From NCBI RefSeq assembly GCF_964355755.1, contig NC_092675.1:30290912-30354911 (forward strand): a stretch of 64,000 nucleotides of DNA, in the 5' to 3' direction. Both the position numbers and the translations under genes were made by a program. This stretch comes from Antedon mediterranea. Taxonomy: Eukaryota > Animalia > Echinodermata. Under the pieces are notes generated by a model. That model searched no databases, was not told the DNA's origin, and saw only the letters and a program-made list of their open reading frames with translations. Positions 26,101 to 41,100 of the stretch are shown piece by piece. Numbering within the stretch: the first letter of the stretch is position 1; each line of letters starts with the position of its first letter.

Positions 26101-29100
26101 ACTTAGAACTAGTAGGATGAGTTGGATGATATCTGAAGTCTCACGTCGTAACTCATACTCCTCCTGCACCTCCTCACAATAAGTCACCTGCAAGAACAAA
26201 TGTTATTGCTTATTGCTTATTTTTCAATGGTTGAATGCAACTCTCAAAATAGCAGAGACTTTTGCAAATTGCAAAACCAGAATTGTTATTTTAGAAAACT
26301 AGACCAACCAAAGATTTTACATTAAAATATAATGAAAAAAAGTTTTGGATACATTAGGAAAACATTATGTGACAAATAGATAAAACCTGGTCTACGCAAA
26401 TTGACAAAAAAAGTGTTATGTGCCCAAATATGGTAATGATATGACATCATCGTGGGCATATATGGGCATTTTTTTGTCAACTTTATGTTGAGTCACATAA
26501 AGTTTCATAGTGTAGACATAGCTAAGAAACAGAGTTTTGTGATCTTTTTTGTGACAAGTTAATATTATATATAGTATGCATCTATTAAATTGCAAAAAAC
26601 ACAAATAAATAGAAAACCAAAAGTTAGCCTTTTTGATGAAAATGAGCACATGTCAAGATTGAAATAAACTAAAATTGAACACGAATATCAGCTGTTGTCT
26701 CCTTATCTTTACATCTAAATGTGTCTGTTTATAATTCAAGATTAAAGGTCAGATATGAAGTTCAAATTTCATAGTTTTTTCATACTCAAAATATAGTTTT
26801 TTTTGTATTCTATGCTGGAAATGTTATATCCAGTTTGTTCTTAGGTGGGACTACTCAATCTTGAGAATACAATATAGTCTGAAACCATTTCTCTAGACAA
26901 ACTTTTTCTAGATGACCTAAAGTCTGTTTATTTTTTTTACCTCAATTCCAAGTGATGGCTGAGGGCAGAAATAAGGTGGTGCCGGTAGATAGAAATCATC
27001 AGGTACCAAACGATCAAACTTAGCAACCATTTCTAGGCACTTTTTCATGAGTTGACAAAGAAGCCATGGAGTGACATCAAGCTTTGCTACGGTGGCAGCA
27101 GTCAGAATCTCTTTTATGCTTCTTGATAACTGCTCATGTAATGCTTTGTCGGATTCTGTCAAGGATGCTGAAGTAGTAACAAGAACATTAACTCTGGTTA
27201 ATTGAGGTTGCGAGACAAGTTTTTAACTTCTAGAAGGGATCCATGATAATAATGACTACCAATTACTATTTTATCTATGTTCACTTTAATATCTATTTTC
27301 AATTTTGTATATGTTCATTCATTATTATCTGAATAAATGTTATCTGAATCTGAATCTGAACTCTCGCCACATTGCTTGTATCCATAGGCAAGATACTTTA
27401 CTTACGTTTGCCTCTCTCCACCCAGGTGTATTAATGGGAACCCGGTTAGATCAAGACACAACTTAGCGCTGATTACTAGCTGCATTATGGGAGTATGTTT
27501 CCATATGGACACAACATTAGGCGCTATATTAATCCAGGATATTATTATTATTATTATAAAAGTTGCAGCTGTTTATTAGTTACCATGTTAAAAAATGTAC
27601 AATGTATATTTTAGACATAATAATAAAATAAAAATAAAAGAAAACCAACAAGAATTCTGTATTTTACTAAAAAGTGGGTTAGAGCAGGGATACTGTAAAG
27701 AAATGTTTTAGCTGTCTAAACCTCTGGTTTTTATTGATATGATGACTGTACCGGATTGCAATATGTTGCAATATAGAGAATTTATATAACATTATGATGA
27801 CACAAGTAAGAGTTAAATCAAAATACCTATAGACAAAGACTTCTTTACTGGCGTGAGCAGGAGCCTCATTGGAGACATTTTGAACTGTGTCTTGTGGTTG
27901 TTGGAAGCATTGTGCTGCTGCTGCTGTGGTGCTGTATACTGTGACTGATGGATGATATGCAAGAGGTTGTCCTTTACTATTGACAGTGGGTGAAGCTCTG
28001 CTAAAGGAGGCATGTTTTTGTTGCTAAAAAACAAGAAAAATTGTACATAAATGGTTACCCCTATTTTTCTACAGTTTGATCCTTAACATAAACCCAGTTA
28101 ATATATTATTTTATATATTCTTTACAGTGACAAGCGAGCATCATAAGTTATACTTTATAAAGCTCTGTCTACACTCAAATCTTATGTAACAAAAAAATGT
28201 GATGTGCCCATATATGGACATGATGATGTTATAACACTACCATTTTTGGGCATATCACTACCTTAGATGGGCACATCACATTTTTTTTGTCAAGCTAGTT
28301 TGAAATTGTAGACAGAACTTAATTAGAAGGGTAAATTTACCTAGGTTATCAGGTTAGCTTTAACGCCTGTAAGCATGTTCTCGTACCCTTGAAAGAGAAA
28401 CATGGTCTACATGGGATAACCGCAAGGGTTAATAACACTCATTTCAGAAACTGAAATTAGTGTTCCATTTAGGTCACAATATTAATTTTGTAATGTATTA
28501 TTAATTTGGTAATAAATATAAGATAAGATAAGATAAGATAAGTCTTTATTGTCATGAACACAACCAGGCGAACATGAAATTGGTTTTCCTTTAATGCTTA
28601 AAAACACATACAATATATAAAACATTAAAAATATCAATACAATACATTAAAACTATATACAGTAGTAAACAAACTAGCTTTGAAATGTTGAGTCGGAAAC
28701 ATGAATAGAGTTGTGGACAAATAATTTCCGACATTGAGTGGTATTGCACATTAAAGGACGAATTCTACCTCATACATACATTGTTTTGTATTGAAATAAT
28801 TTATTTTTTCCACCATGATTGAAATCAATCAATGTATTGGAAAAAGAATGTACATCACACAATGAGAGATGTATATTCAATTGAGTACGCTGCAAATATT
28901 GCACTGTAAAGCATGGTGTGGGTGGCTTGATTGGTGCAGTTGTAATATTTATCATCAATTAAACAAGAACACTCTAGGGACTATATTTGATTCCCTAAGG
29001 AACCCCCAGTGAAGTCTCCAAGGTTATTGCAAGATTTGTACAGTGTTATATACAAAGCAGATGAACAGGTCTTTAGCCAGGCCTACTGTAGCAGAAATTA

Positions 29101-32100
29101 GGAAAGGAAGCCTGTAACAGGTGGAGAGTCTATGAGATGGCTTAAACGGAACTTAAACCAATGAATGGCCTACAACTCTCTCTGTAAATAATTAAATATC
29201 AGGCTATTTAAGTGACAACTCAGCACCCCTCACTGCAATATATATTTTAATACCATGCCGTGCATGCATATACTTAACATAGCATTATATAGTTAAATAT
29301 TAAAATATCAAATGTACATCCGGTTATTATAAAGCTTTACTACAGTCTATCAGGAACTGAATCATAAAATGGCAAAACTGAACAATTATCGGAAGATACT
29401 GAAGAATTTTAAAAACATTAAATTATATTTATTATTGTTTTTAATTCATAAGCATCCAACAAACATGCCAATTACAGGATGGATAAACTATTTTATAGTT
29501 TATTGTGCTTATGAGGAACTAAGTTTTATTTGAGGCTTAGGGAGTGGAGTTAAAAGAGTCCTGAGTTATAATCCTGGCACTAGGTCCCTGGACCTTGGCA
29601 TTGGAAGGCAAGCAAGTTAACCACCAAGCTACAGCTCACACTACATTGTATATTATCACTTACATATTGATATGGAATAAATAATTGTAAAAACTTTGTC
29701 TTATTTGAATTAGGCAAGATGTTACTCTCCGTGTAGTATTACACTCACTAAATCGAAAATTAAAACAAGGTTCGTATCCCAGTGTGCTCAGTATGGGCTG
29801 GGAGAAGTCTTGTAGACGTTACACTTTATAAAAAGAATATACAGTCAACTCTCCCAATACCGGACACCTTTGGGCCGGCCAAATAAGTCTGGTTTTCCGG
29901 AAAGTCTGGTATTCGGAATGTGTTTTTAATGGTAAATATAAATTTGGGACCTTTTGGTCCTCAAAAAAAGTCTGGTATTGGGAGAGTTTCTGGTTTTCAG
30001 AGAGTCCGGTATTGGGAGAGTTGACTGTATAACTAAAAAAAATTACCTTTGTTTTGGTAGAGCCTCATAATGTTCTTTAGCAATAACAGCTAGAACCAAA
30101 CTACTCTTCCAGTCTCCAAGTTGTTTAGCAAACCAAGTAGCCTCTAAGTGAAGACCACAGACCAGAAGTAGTTCCAATGTCAAATTAACTGTCAAAATGT
30201 CAGACAAATCTGACTTCCTTATGGCACTAGAGATCTGCTCATGGTACACTGCTATCACCCTTCTACCTGCAAAACATGACCATCAAGCATCCAGAAATTA
30301 GTAAAAATTTGTAATTATGATGCTAATTTTTTTGAAAAATATGAATATTTTGAGTATGACAGATAGTAGTGTAAATTTATTTTGGTTTATTTATATTAAA
30401 TAATTCAAATGTCTGGAAGAAATATTTGGTGTCAGAGGAAAGCACATAAAATATGCTTTCCATTTCTACCAAACTTGTATTGAAAATCTTTAATTATGTG
30501 AGGATAATTTTTGGAAAATGTGCATATTAATTTTAGACAAAAATGAGTATAATTTAGTGTAAATTTATTTTGGTTTAAATAATGTTAGCGTTGTAATGAA
30601 ATATTTGGTATAAAAATAAAAGCCCATAAAATATGCTATCCATTGCTACCCAATATGTATTGAAAATCTTTAATTATGACACTAACTTTTTTGAAAATAA
30701 CTAAAATGAATATACAGTAAAGTAGTGTAAATTTATTTTGGTTTAATTATGCTATATAATTCTAGAGTTTATTAAAATATGCATATTTTTCTATATAAAA
30801 GTGATTCATTTTCAATACATATTAGATAATCTGTATGTACAAGATAGCATATTTTATGGGGTTTGATACCAAATAGAAAAACTAGAATTCAATTTATAAT
30901 AAACCAAAATATATTTACACTAACTGTATACAATATACTCAATTGTCGTATTCGATTTAGACTTTCACCGTTGAGTACAGTTTTTCCGTTGAGTACTTCT
31001 TTAACGGAGTATTTTGAGCGTGGAGATTGTTCTTAACGAAACAGCTTTCGTTGTCAACGTTTTCTATTCGAATGACTTTCTGTTGAGCACAAATTTACAA
31101 TTCGAATACAAAAAGTACTCAACGAATCTTTACGTTGACAACAAAAGTTCCCAATTGAATACGACAATTGCTGTCAATTTTAGTTAATAAAATATAACAA
31201 TAGCTTTATAATTAAGGGCTTTCAATACAAGCAATTGGATAGCATATTTGATTGGCTTTCATTTGATATGTCACATCAAAATATTGATTTCATATACAAA
31301 ATAAACCAAAATAAGGACCTGGCAACTCTATTTTAAAAAATGTTTTTACAGATCAGCACCAGGAGGAAGAGTCAGCCAGGAAGGTGGGGGTAGTGTTAGT
31401 TCCGCATGTACACAGCATCCAGCCTACGCCTCTAACTGCGATTGTAAACCTGAATTTGCTCACAAAATCGCTTATCAAAACAATAAAAACAAAAAAGGCC
31501 TATATACACTAATCCTTCACAATTTAACTTTTGTTGTAAAGTGGATTGCCTGATCAAAATGAGTTCATAATAACATACGTTCTAGTCTGACGACACCAGT
31601 CTTTTTGTAGTGTGCCATTTGTATTTATAAAGAAGTATTTAGAGTTGTGAAAAAAGTTAAGTGGATGGCGCCAGGCATTACAAAACATTCATATCCAATG
31701 ATAAAAGGAAGGTAGGCCTTTTGTGCTCCAATTCAATCATCAATAATTCGTATTCGTTCATAAGTTATTACATTTTTCACAAAATTAGCATCATAATTAC
31801 AGATTTTTTTAATACAAGTTAGGTGACAATGGATAGAATATTTTATGGGCTTTCATTTGATACCAAATAGTTCTTCCAACTCAAATCATTTAATATTATA
31901 TAAATAAACAACAATTACGCTACAAAATATTCATTTTTTGTATAAAAGTAATCAAATTATGCACATTTTCCAAAAATTAGCTTATTTTTATACATAACAT
32001 AATTGAACATTTTCAATACAAGTTGGGTAGCAGTGGGTGGCATATTGTATATGCTTTCATTTGATACCATACAGTTTGTCCATTGACATTTTAAAGAATA

Positions 32101-35100
32101 ATGTGTTTTTTGTTCATTTTTATTTCAAAGGTCAGTAAAAGCAGTTGCGGTCATTCTTTCGCTAGTTGTTGTTGTATATTCTGAACAATTTGACACCAAA
32201 AACAAATCTGTACAAGTGGTTTTGAGATATAAGAACCACACATTTTTAACCTTTGACCTCGATTTTGGGCATATTCACCCCGTATAGCGAATTTGGCACA
32301 TATCCCTTGTTGTTCGTTGGGTCAAATTATCCTATAACAGTTGAGATATTCTCTCCTAAATTAAATGCATACAAATCTGACACAGGTCCTAGACTAGTAA
32401 TATAAAGATATTGTTTGGAAGGAAAATTAAAAATAGTTTATTGGAATGCATGCCATTGAATGTTGATTGTTTGCTGATAAAACAGATATTTTGAATTGAT
32501 TGAAATGTATGCATTTTGTAAATTTATGTAGGCAATATTGTCATGGTATCTTTTGTTACACACGATAGTGATATTGAATTGCTCAATTATGAGCTTGTTC
32601 ATAAACAGTTTAGATCAATGTCTGTTAATATCATTGAATTGTAATGCACATTCAAGAAAAAACATATAACCCAAATAAATATAATTTTATATTGGACGTT
32701 CATGTCATGCTCTAATAGACTTCTAATTTAGCTAGTTAGTCTATAGGCCTTTGTCGTATCATGGGTTCCATTGGAAAGACAGCTTACTTCTACATAATAC
32801 TATGCCTATTTTGGAGTTTTGTTGCTAAAACACAGTTTTACCCACAACAGAAATTGCAATTACTTTTTGGAACTGAAAACGTTGAGCTAAATTGCAATGT
32901 TGAGAAAGAAGGCTATGATATTGTTTGGTATTATGGGGACCATATGCAAAATGCAGAGACTGAAATCAGTTTAAACAAAAATATTATGGAAAAATTCAGC
33001 AGTTTATACAAGCTTGAATATTATGACCAGACATGCAATTATCGTCTGGTTATAAAAAAAGTTAGACAATTTGATGCAGGCATATACATTTGCAAACAGA
33101 TTCAGAAAACTGGAAGAACAGAATCAGATGCTTCATCTGATTTGGTGACAATATATATCGAAGTATATGAATTGCCCGATGATCCAAAGATACTATGCAA
33201 TATTGATGAACCTGTTTTAGTAGAAGGCAAAACAGTCACGCTAAACTACACAGCCCATATTGGTGACATTCCAAACCCGAGGGTTGAAATATGGATATCG
33301 AGTGTCACAGGAGATCATGTAATGAACATATACAACCTTCATGACGTGACTACTGTTACTTCAAAGGTAACACGCAACATGAACAAGTGTCGCTTTGGAG
33401 TAGGCCTATCACACCACCTTCTTCAAGATAAGTTGACTTGTGAAACTCCACCACTCACTGTACATTATAAACCACAGTTTCAGTTTATGCTCAATGGAAT
33501 AGAATATAATATTGGGGATCATTTAAAAATACAGTTAAATGTGATGTCTAACCCACTTCTTATGTTAAACGATGTGTCCGTAACCTGTTGGCGTAACAGC
33601 AAATCAGTAATAAGCACAATCTGCAGTGAAGCTGTATTGATTCCCATGGAAAGTCAAGGGATTTATATCTTTTCATATAAACAAGAACTGACAGACTATG
33701 ACAATGGTATAATGATTCAGTTTGAAGCTAACAATTCTGTTGGTAAAGATACCCATACCATTGAATTACAATGCCTTGATATGCCTACGCCAAATGACAA
33801 AAATAAAAATAATATTACTATAGCAATTGTGATTGGATCGATTATTCTGGCTGTCATCTTATGTGTGTCTGTTGTTGAGGTGTTTAAATTTTTGCGGATA
33901 TAGTGAAATATTTTACAAGGGTGAATTTACTGCTTTAAAGTAATGGTTTTAACTTCATTTTGGTATTTATTTGTTGTAATTATTTGTAAATTTTGTGTAT
34001 ACCCATTTGTACTGTAGGCTTAGTAGTTTTACTTAATAATATTAACAATTATAATGTTAACACAGCCTTGTAGAATAGCACCAAATAATGGTGAAACAAG
34101 CTATCATGTTTAAAGAAAGTTATAATATAATAATGCAATGACGACGATGATAATAATAATAAATAACTGTAAATTTAAATACAAAATAAATTTATATGTG
34201 ACATTTCAAAGAGTAATTATTTTATTATTATTAAGTAGGAGTAAAAACAGTAAGACATTTATCAATGGTGTTTTTCATGCAATTAATGAAGTTTTAAAGT
34301 TAAAAAATCTGAAGACAATAGTATAGTTACGGAATTCATGTGTCTCTTTGCCTCACTATTGTTTACCACTAATTCGTTGTATTCAACTGTGTCATCATAT
34401 TAAGCATATATCCCCTTCTCACCTAATGTGTGTCAACTATTTTTCGAAATAGGAAAAATGCACAAAACAAACTACGGTTTTCTATGTTGTCACTTGACAG
34501 CAGTTCGGCTAAACTCCAAGAAACGCCTAACATTAGTGATCATGATGCTAATCGAGAAGTAGTTGTTGATGAACTGCTTTGTTTCATTGTACATAACATG
34601 GTCGTGAGTTATCAGTTAAAGCCTCAAGTTCTGATGTGCCCAAATATGGAAGTGACATCTTGTCCAAATTTTTTTACATAAAGTTTGATAGTGCAGACAA
34701 GGCTTTATAAACAGAAAACTAATGATCACATTAAAAATGAATTGAGTGGTGTAAAATAATTGAAAACTTCCAAAAGATATACCCCTATTTTGATCACATC
34801 CTTTAGGAAATAAGAAAATAACTATTATAAATCCACGCATTGTTTGAAAGGTAATTCAAAATAGTTTATAGATATGAATTACATTAAATTTTGCAATAAT
34901 TTTGCTACACAATAAAACGGATATTTTGAATGGAAAGATGTCAATGTCTTGATTGATACAAACAGTTGTCATCTCTGGTTATCTTCAACAATCCAAATTT
35001 ATTATTATTATTGCAACCGGTGATAATTTTAGAATTGGCAAACATACAAACAGTTTCAAGGAGAAGCTACGTTAAATTGTTTATCAAGTTATATTCAGAT

Positions 35101-38100
35101 GAAAATTACATGAAGGCAAATATATTCCTTCTTTAACAAGTTGAATATTTATAAATAATTTGTATACATGTTGGAAGTCATAATCAAATTATGATTTAAT
35201 GGCTTTCAGTGCGTATAAATAAATACATACTTTAGCAATTTACTTTATCAATACATTTTACTAAAGAGTGAAAAGTAATGTAATGTTTTGGAAATCTTGA
35301 AAAAATGTTCTTGTTCCTTTTATTAACAAAGAAATATACTGTATGATGTGGCGCAAACACTAGTTTGTATCCACACACTATGTAAATGTAAATGGGGATA
35401 ACCTGTGACTTGCAGCCTACTGGGATGAATTGCACACAAGTTTGGACAATACCACAACTTTCTACTCCCCTAAGGGTCCATTCTTGTCGTGTGCTGCCAC
35501 CAAATGGCGCACAAATAATAATGTGCCAAGGAAATTCAGTGAAAAAAATCATTAAATTTTATTTTCTCAGAGAAAATTGCAAAAAATAAGGTTAAAAAGT
35601 GATTGACATAATATTTAAAACAATGAACGAGATATATGGACATGATGATGTCATAACACTACCATATTTGAGCATATCATTACCTCATTTTTTTTGTTAA
35701 GCTAGATTGACGGTGAGGTTTATCCACGCAAATTAATATATGAAGATCAGATAGCTATGGCTACATGATTGTTATTATATTTAGAGGTAATTTTCCTACT
35801 TTTTTGTACTAAACACACAATGGCTAGCATGCTGCTTCCTTTTCTGGAGCCATTATGCGTCTTACTCACATCGCCACAAGGCATCTAGGCCAGCACTCCC
35901 AGCCTGGCATCAGCGGGCAACCATAACGCATCATTACTTATGATTAGGTTATTCATAATATTGATTGATATAATTACTGGTTTCCTTTTCAATTTCATAT
36001 ATTACGCAAAAGTTATGTTAGTGACTTGTATTTTGCCTCAGTAATCAAATTTACCCATGTTGATATAATGTCTAATCAACATTTTAAAAGCTATACATAT
36101 TTATATCTTAAATCCATAGGCAAAATACTGAAAAAATGACAATGCTGTGGGTATCAGTGGCTGGATCTCAATGGAGATACAACAAAAAAAGCAAAAACGA
36201 ACGATAAAGTAGAAACAGACAGAAAAGTATAAAATATTAAAATATACACATTCTTCTGTCAATTTTTTTATGACATTTTTCCATTCGATGAAACTTACTT
36301 ACTTTTATGATGAGGTAGTGAAAATACCTGTAATGTCTAAACCCAATCTTGGAAGTGAGTGTGAATACCAGGCCTACCCAGGCTGTGTACAAATGTATAC
36401 GTACCTGTAATGTCTTCAACTAAACCCAATCTTGGAAACGGTTGAGGATTGTAAGGAGAGTACACATACAAAGTTTGATTGCAGAAGTACATAGCCATAA
36501 AACGTGCAAAATTTGACACTGCGATCTTAGCTGCTGGTTCTAGGACACAGGGTAAGACAGGTGGACTAGTGGAGTCATCAACCTGACAAGAAAACAATAT
36601 AAATAAATTAAACAAGACTAAACTTTAAAATGTGTAACAAACAAAACATACCAACTATTACATTTACAACAAATTGAAACTTATATTAAACAAGGCCAAC
36701 AGCCATTAAGTCGCGTGCTACAATGCATAGTGATACCGGACCGACAGACAGACCGACAGACAGACAGACAGAGAGACCGACCGACCGACATAGTGAACTA
36801 TACTGACCGAAATTACTGAACATGTTTAAAAATGTTGAAATGTTTAAAAACATTTATTTTTTTTTAATTTACACGTGCGTAGCCTGTCACTTTCGACGTG
36901 CTCGTATAACGTAATTTCGAGTTGAAAAGTAAGTCAAGAAAACAGAAATCGGGCAAAAAGAGTGCGCAATAACATTTAACGCGCAATGCGCTCGCAAAAA
37001 TATGCGCACTCATGGCAATTTTGTAAACGCTTAAAATTGCCTGAAATGTACTCTTATTTCATCGAAAATAAATTTTGAAAATGTTAAGCGCGCGTACGCA
37101 TGCGTTACATGCGCTACGCACGTAATTGTATTGCCATATGATGATTTATGCCCTGAAATTTATGAGTACCAAATTTTATTTAATTGTGATTCATGGTTGT
37201 GAAGATATGATTACAAACGTGATTTCGTTAAATCGTGCGTAGACCGCGTAATTTTTTATTGCGCACCGTGAAAACATAACCACATTGATTCCTGGCCATA
37301 AGGAATATACTCTGAAAAATTGACCTAGCTAGATTAAACTGATATCAAGATAAGGTCAGAAAGCGATAAAACGCATAGTGATACCGGACCGACAGACAGA
37401 CAGACCGACAGACAGACCGACAGACCGACAGACAGACCGACCGACCGACATAGTGAACTATAGAGTTGCTTCCACGCGACTAAAAAGTAAGAAAATGCAT
37501 TCACAAGAATCCATTACACTTTTTTGTGTATTGTTTGGTGCATTATTAAAGCATAACTAAAGAATAATCACGATATTGTTCATTTGTTTAGCCTTTTTTA
37601 AACATCTTAATGTCATAATATAGTCAAATTTATTTGTATGCAAAATGCATAGCTATGTGTTTTGTGGGTCCTGGGGCCATACCACAAAGTTTCAGTCTCT
37701 CACTGTGCACATTTCAAAAAATTAAAAGTGCATCTCTTGCACCTCACATGGCCTACCACACCCACACAGTCATTCTGTCTTTGTCGTAAATTTTTAGCAT
37801 GAAGTCTTACAAAGTTATGTGTTATAACATTGTACGTTACATGACATTGCTGTTTGCAAGCTATATGACCTAACTATAGAAATCACAAGTGTAAATTGTC
37901 ATTAAGATTATTATGACAATTATAGTATAAGAACAAAGAATTTGCATTGGTCACATGTCTATAATTAACACAGTATATAGGTCAGTAAAAAGCAACAGGT
38001 GCAGTGCTGTAGAGAGAACTTAATGACAGAGCTGGTGCAATTGAAAGTGTTGATTATAATAAGTCTTTATTCAAGAGGGAATAATGTAGAAATTTAAGCT

Positions 38101-41100
38101 TATATTATTCATCATTTATTTTCTTAAGCTCCGTCTACACTATCAAACTTGTGACAAAAAAATGTGATGTGTCCATGGACACGATGATGTCATATCACTA
38201 CCATATTTTGGGGATATCACTACCATATTTATGCACATCACACAAAAAAGTTTGCTAGTGTAGACAGAGCTTAAGATAGTCAGATACTGTAGAACCATCC
38301 TTTGGGATACCTCTATTCAGGGGACAGGTTCTGTGAAATCAAGCAGACTTTTGTTTTAACACTACGAACAACCTCTATTCAAGGACCATCCATTTTAAGG
38401 GAACACTTAGGTATTCCCTTTATACCTTTTCTACTGTATCTTAATTACAATATTAGAATGATTATCATGTAACACTAATGTTTTATTTAAGTAATTGAAG
38501 TATTCATTATTAAACAGAAAATTAAATTGAACAATCGTGAAACAGACAATCACAAGGGGGTATACAACAGGAAAAACTCTGCAAAAAAAATGTCAACAAA
38601 GTTTAAATTTAAAGCTATAATCCAGAGGTTGTTATGAATGTCAAATTTTAATAATGATTATAATCATAATAATAAATTGATAATTAAACAAAGGAAATAA
38701 CAATAACTAGGGTTAATTAAGATGGATTAAACACTTCAAATTCTGCTCCCATTTGTCTGTAGTTGGGAATATTTTTCTTGCACATTGGAGAGAAAATATT
38801 TGTTAAATTCTGTGAAAACATAATTTATACATTTTCACCAATTTTATTTTCACACATTTAAAGTATTCTTGAGAGTTTCTGTTTAAATGACATTTAAAAC
38901 TAAAGAAACTATTGATGTAAATTACACTTAAGTCGGAAATTAAAAGGTAAGTCTAAATGATAATGATACAGTATGGAAATGTCATGTGTTATCATTTATG
39001 ATAATTATAAAATAAATGCTTATATGGACACATAATTAACATTTAAAATAAGTGATTTGATTATGAAAAACAAATATCAGTAATGAACAAGTTCCTCACA
39101 TTAAAATTCTCAATTTCCACATTGCTATTTTTTCCAAAATTTGAACAGAAAAATTATTTAATCAGGAAGTTTGCCTAATGGCTTTCGAGGAGGAAGAGAC
39201 ACGAAGGTAACCGCCCCAAGGTAACAAGGCATCACAACTAAATATATAACTGTAATGAACTGAAAGAATTAAAGTTAAAAATTATCACAGTATGGCAGTA
39301 ACTACTGTAGTTGCTGATTAAACTAGGGGGTACAGTCTAAGGCTTTTGAATCATGATGTCTAAAACATTAAACTAGGAGGTACAGTCTAAGATTTTGAAT
39401 CATGATGTTTAAAACATTAAACTTGGGGGTAGAGTCCAAGATTTTGAATCATGATGTTTAAAAAACTAGGGGTACAGTCATTTTTTCCATTGAGCTGGTT
39501 TGGCTTGTTTATTGAAATCATAATATATGAAGTGTTTTGTTTATTTTTTTGTTTTGTTTTAAATGTCTAACAAGAGGTTCACAGTTTAATTTGTAATAAA
39601 AATATTATTTAAACAAATAAATTGATGTGAAATTTTGAAATGATGAGCAATCTATTTTTATAATTAGATTGTAATTTCCCAAACATTACATCATGTTCAG
39701 TAATCATAGCATCATATTATGCCTGTTTGTTTCATAAATATTCCGTGCATGTTTCATGATTAATATTCTGTTTCATTAATATTCTTGGTTTTTTTATAAT
39801 TTATTTTAAATTAAACAAATGAATCCAAAACAAGATTTACCAGACCTACATTCATTTGCAGAACATAGCAGAATCATTAAGAATATGTATGCAACCATTC
39901 ATCCTACTAATGTCTAATAATCTCAGCAGCAACCAGTTCAAATTATTATTATGTTTCAATTATGTAAAAGATAATGTCACCTTATAAGCCTCGATCACAC
40001 TGGATTTAATTTGGTTAAAAATTAAAAAAGCTGGCTACAATTCCCCCACAGTTAGATTAACCAAGCTCAAGAGTTACTGTAGTCTTACTGACCAATTTTG
40101 CCCATTAGAACTGTTACTAAAAGTCCAATACCACTTGAATAAACTCCTCCACGGTTGAATATTGGTTATACACTGAATGGTAAAACTAAAAGTACCAATG
40201 ACCTTGGGTAAAGTTGTCACAATTTAAGTGCATCGTGTGAACAAGGCTTTAGACATGAACTTACCCGTTTACCTCCCATTAAAGTAAACAAGAATGAAAC
40301 ATGGGCTCTTGTTAGTTTGGGCACGGTTGCATCTACAGAATTCTCATCTAGGCTGTAGCATTCTATCAATGAATCTATCATCTCTATAGCAGAAACTAGG
40401 TCTAGGTTTAAGATGTGTGTGTAGAGGATGGCTAACAGAGAGTCTGAGGCTACAGAATGTCGTGATGTGTTTGTAGCAGGCTGTCTGTCAGGTAGTGTGA
40501 AGGCTTGTGTTCGGATGTAAGATGTGTGCCAAAGATCAATGGCATTTGATGCTTTTGCAAACAAAAGTGATTCACAACCTGCAAAATATCAACACAAATA
40601 TTTGTCAATAACAATATATAAAGTATGTTCACACAAACAAATTCATTTTCTATATTAAATTATGTTTAAATTATGTTTATGTTTACTTTAGCAGGTTGGT
40701 GAGGAAGGTTTATCACAAATAGCTTGATTCTGCAAGGAACGTCATTGCACAATGCGAAGGGTCTGGGGCAAACGTCACAACGTGTACATACAAACAAATA
40801 TCATGTATGTACAGGGCCAAGATATTTGCTCCCAAATCCTTCCCAGCATGTGTCGCGCACGCTATTTGTGATAAACCTTATTGATGTGTAGTGATTAGTG
40901 TCTCACAGTCAAAGAAAAGAGAAGGTACAGGAGATTAAGAGGATTGAAAGGAATAACATCCCTCACCATTGATGAGTATAGCACCAAGTTTGTAAAACCA
41001 GAGAATAGTGAAATTGTATTTTCAATCTTCCTTGATATAAAACTGTAAATAAGTTATGTAATATTAATTTCCTCCTCAAAGACAGAAGTAACAATGAAAT

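Noticed and set aside
27915-27927. CAG (polyQ) tract in a CPLANE1 exon
   Set aside because: Only four codons; unremarkable.
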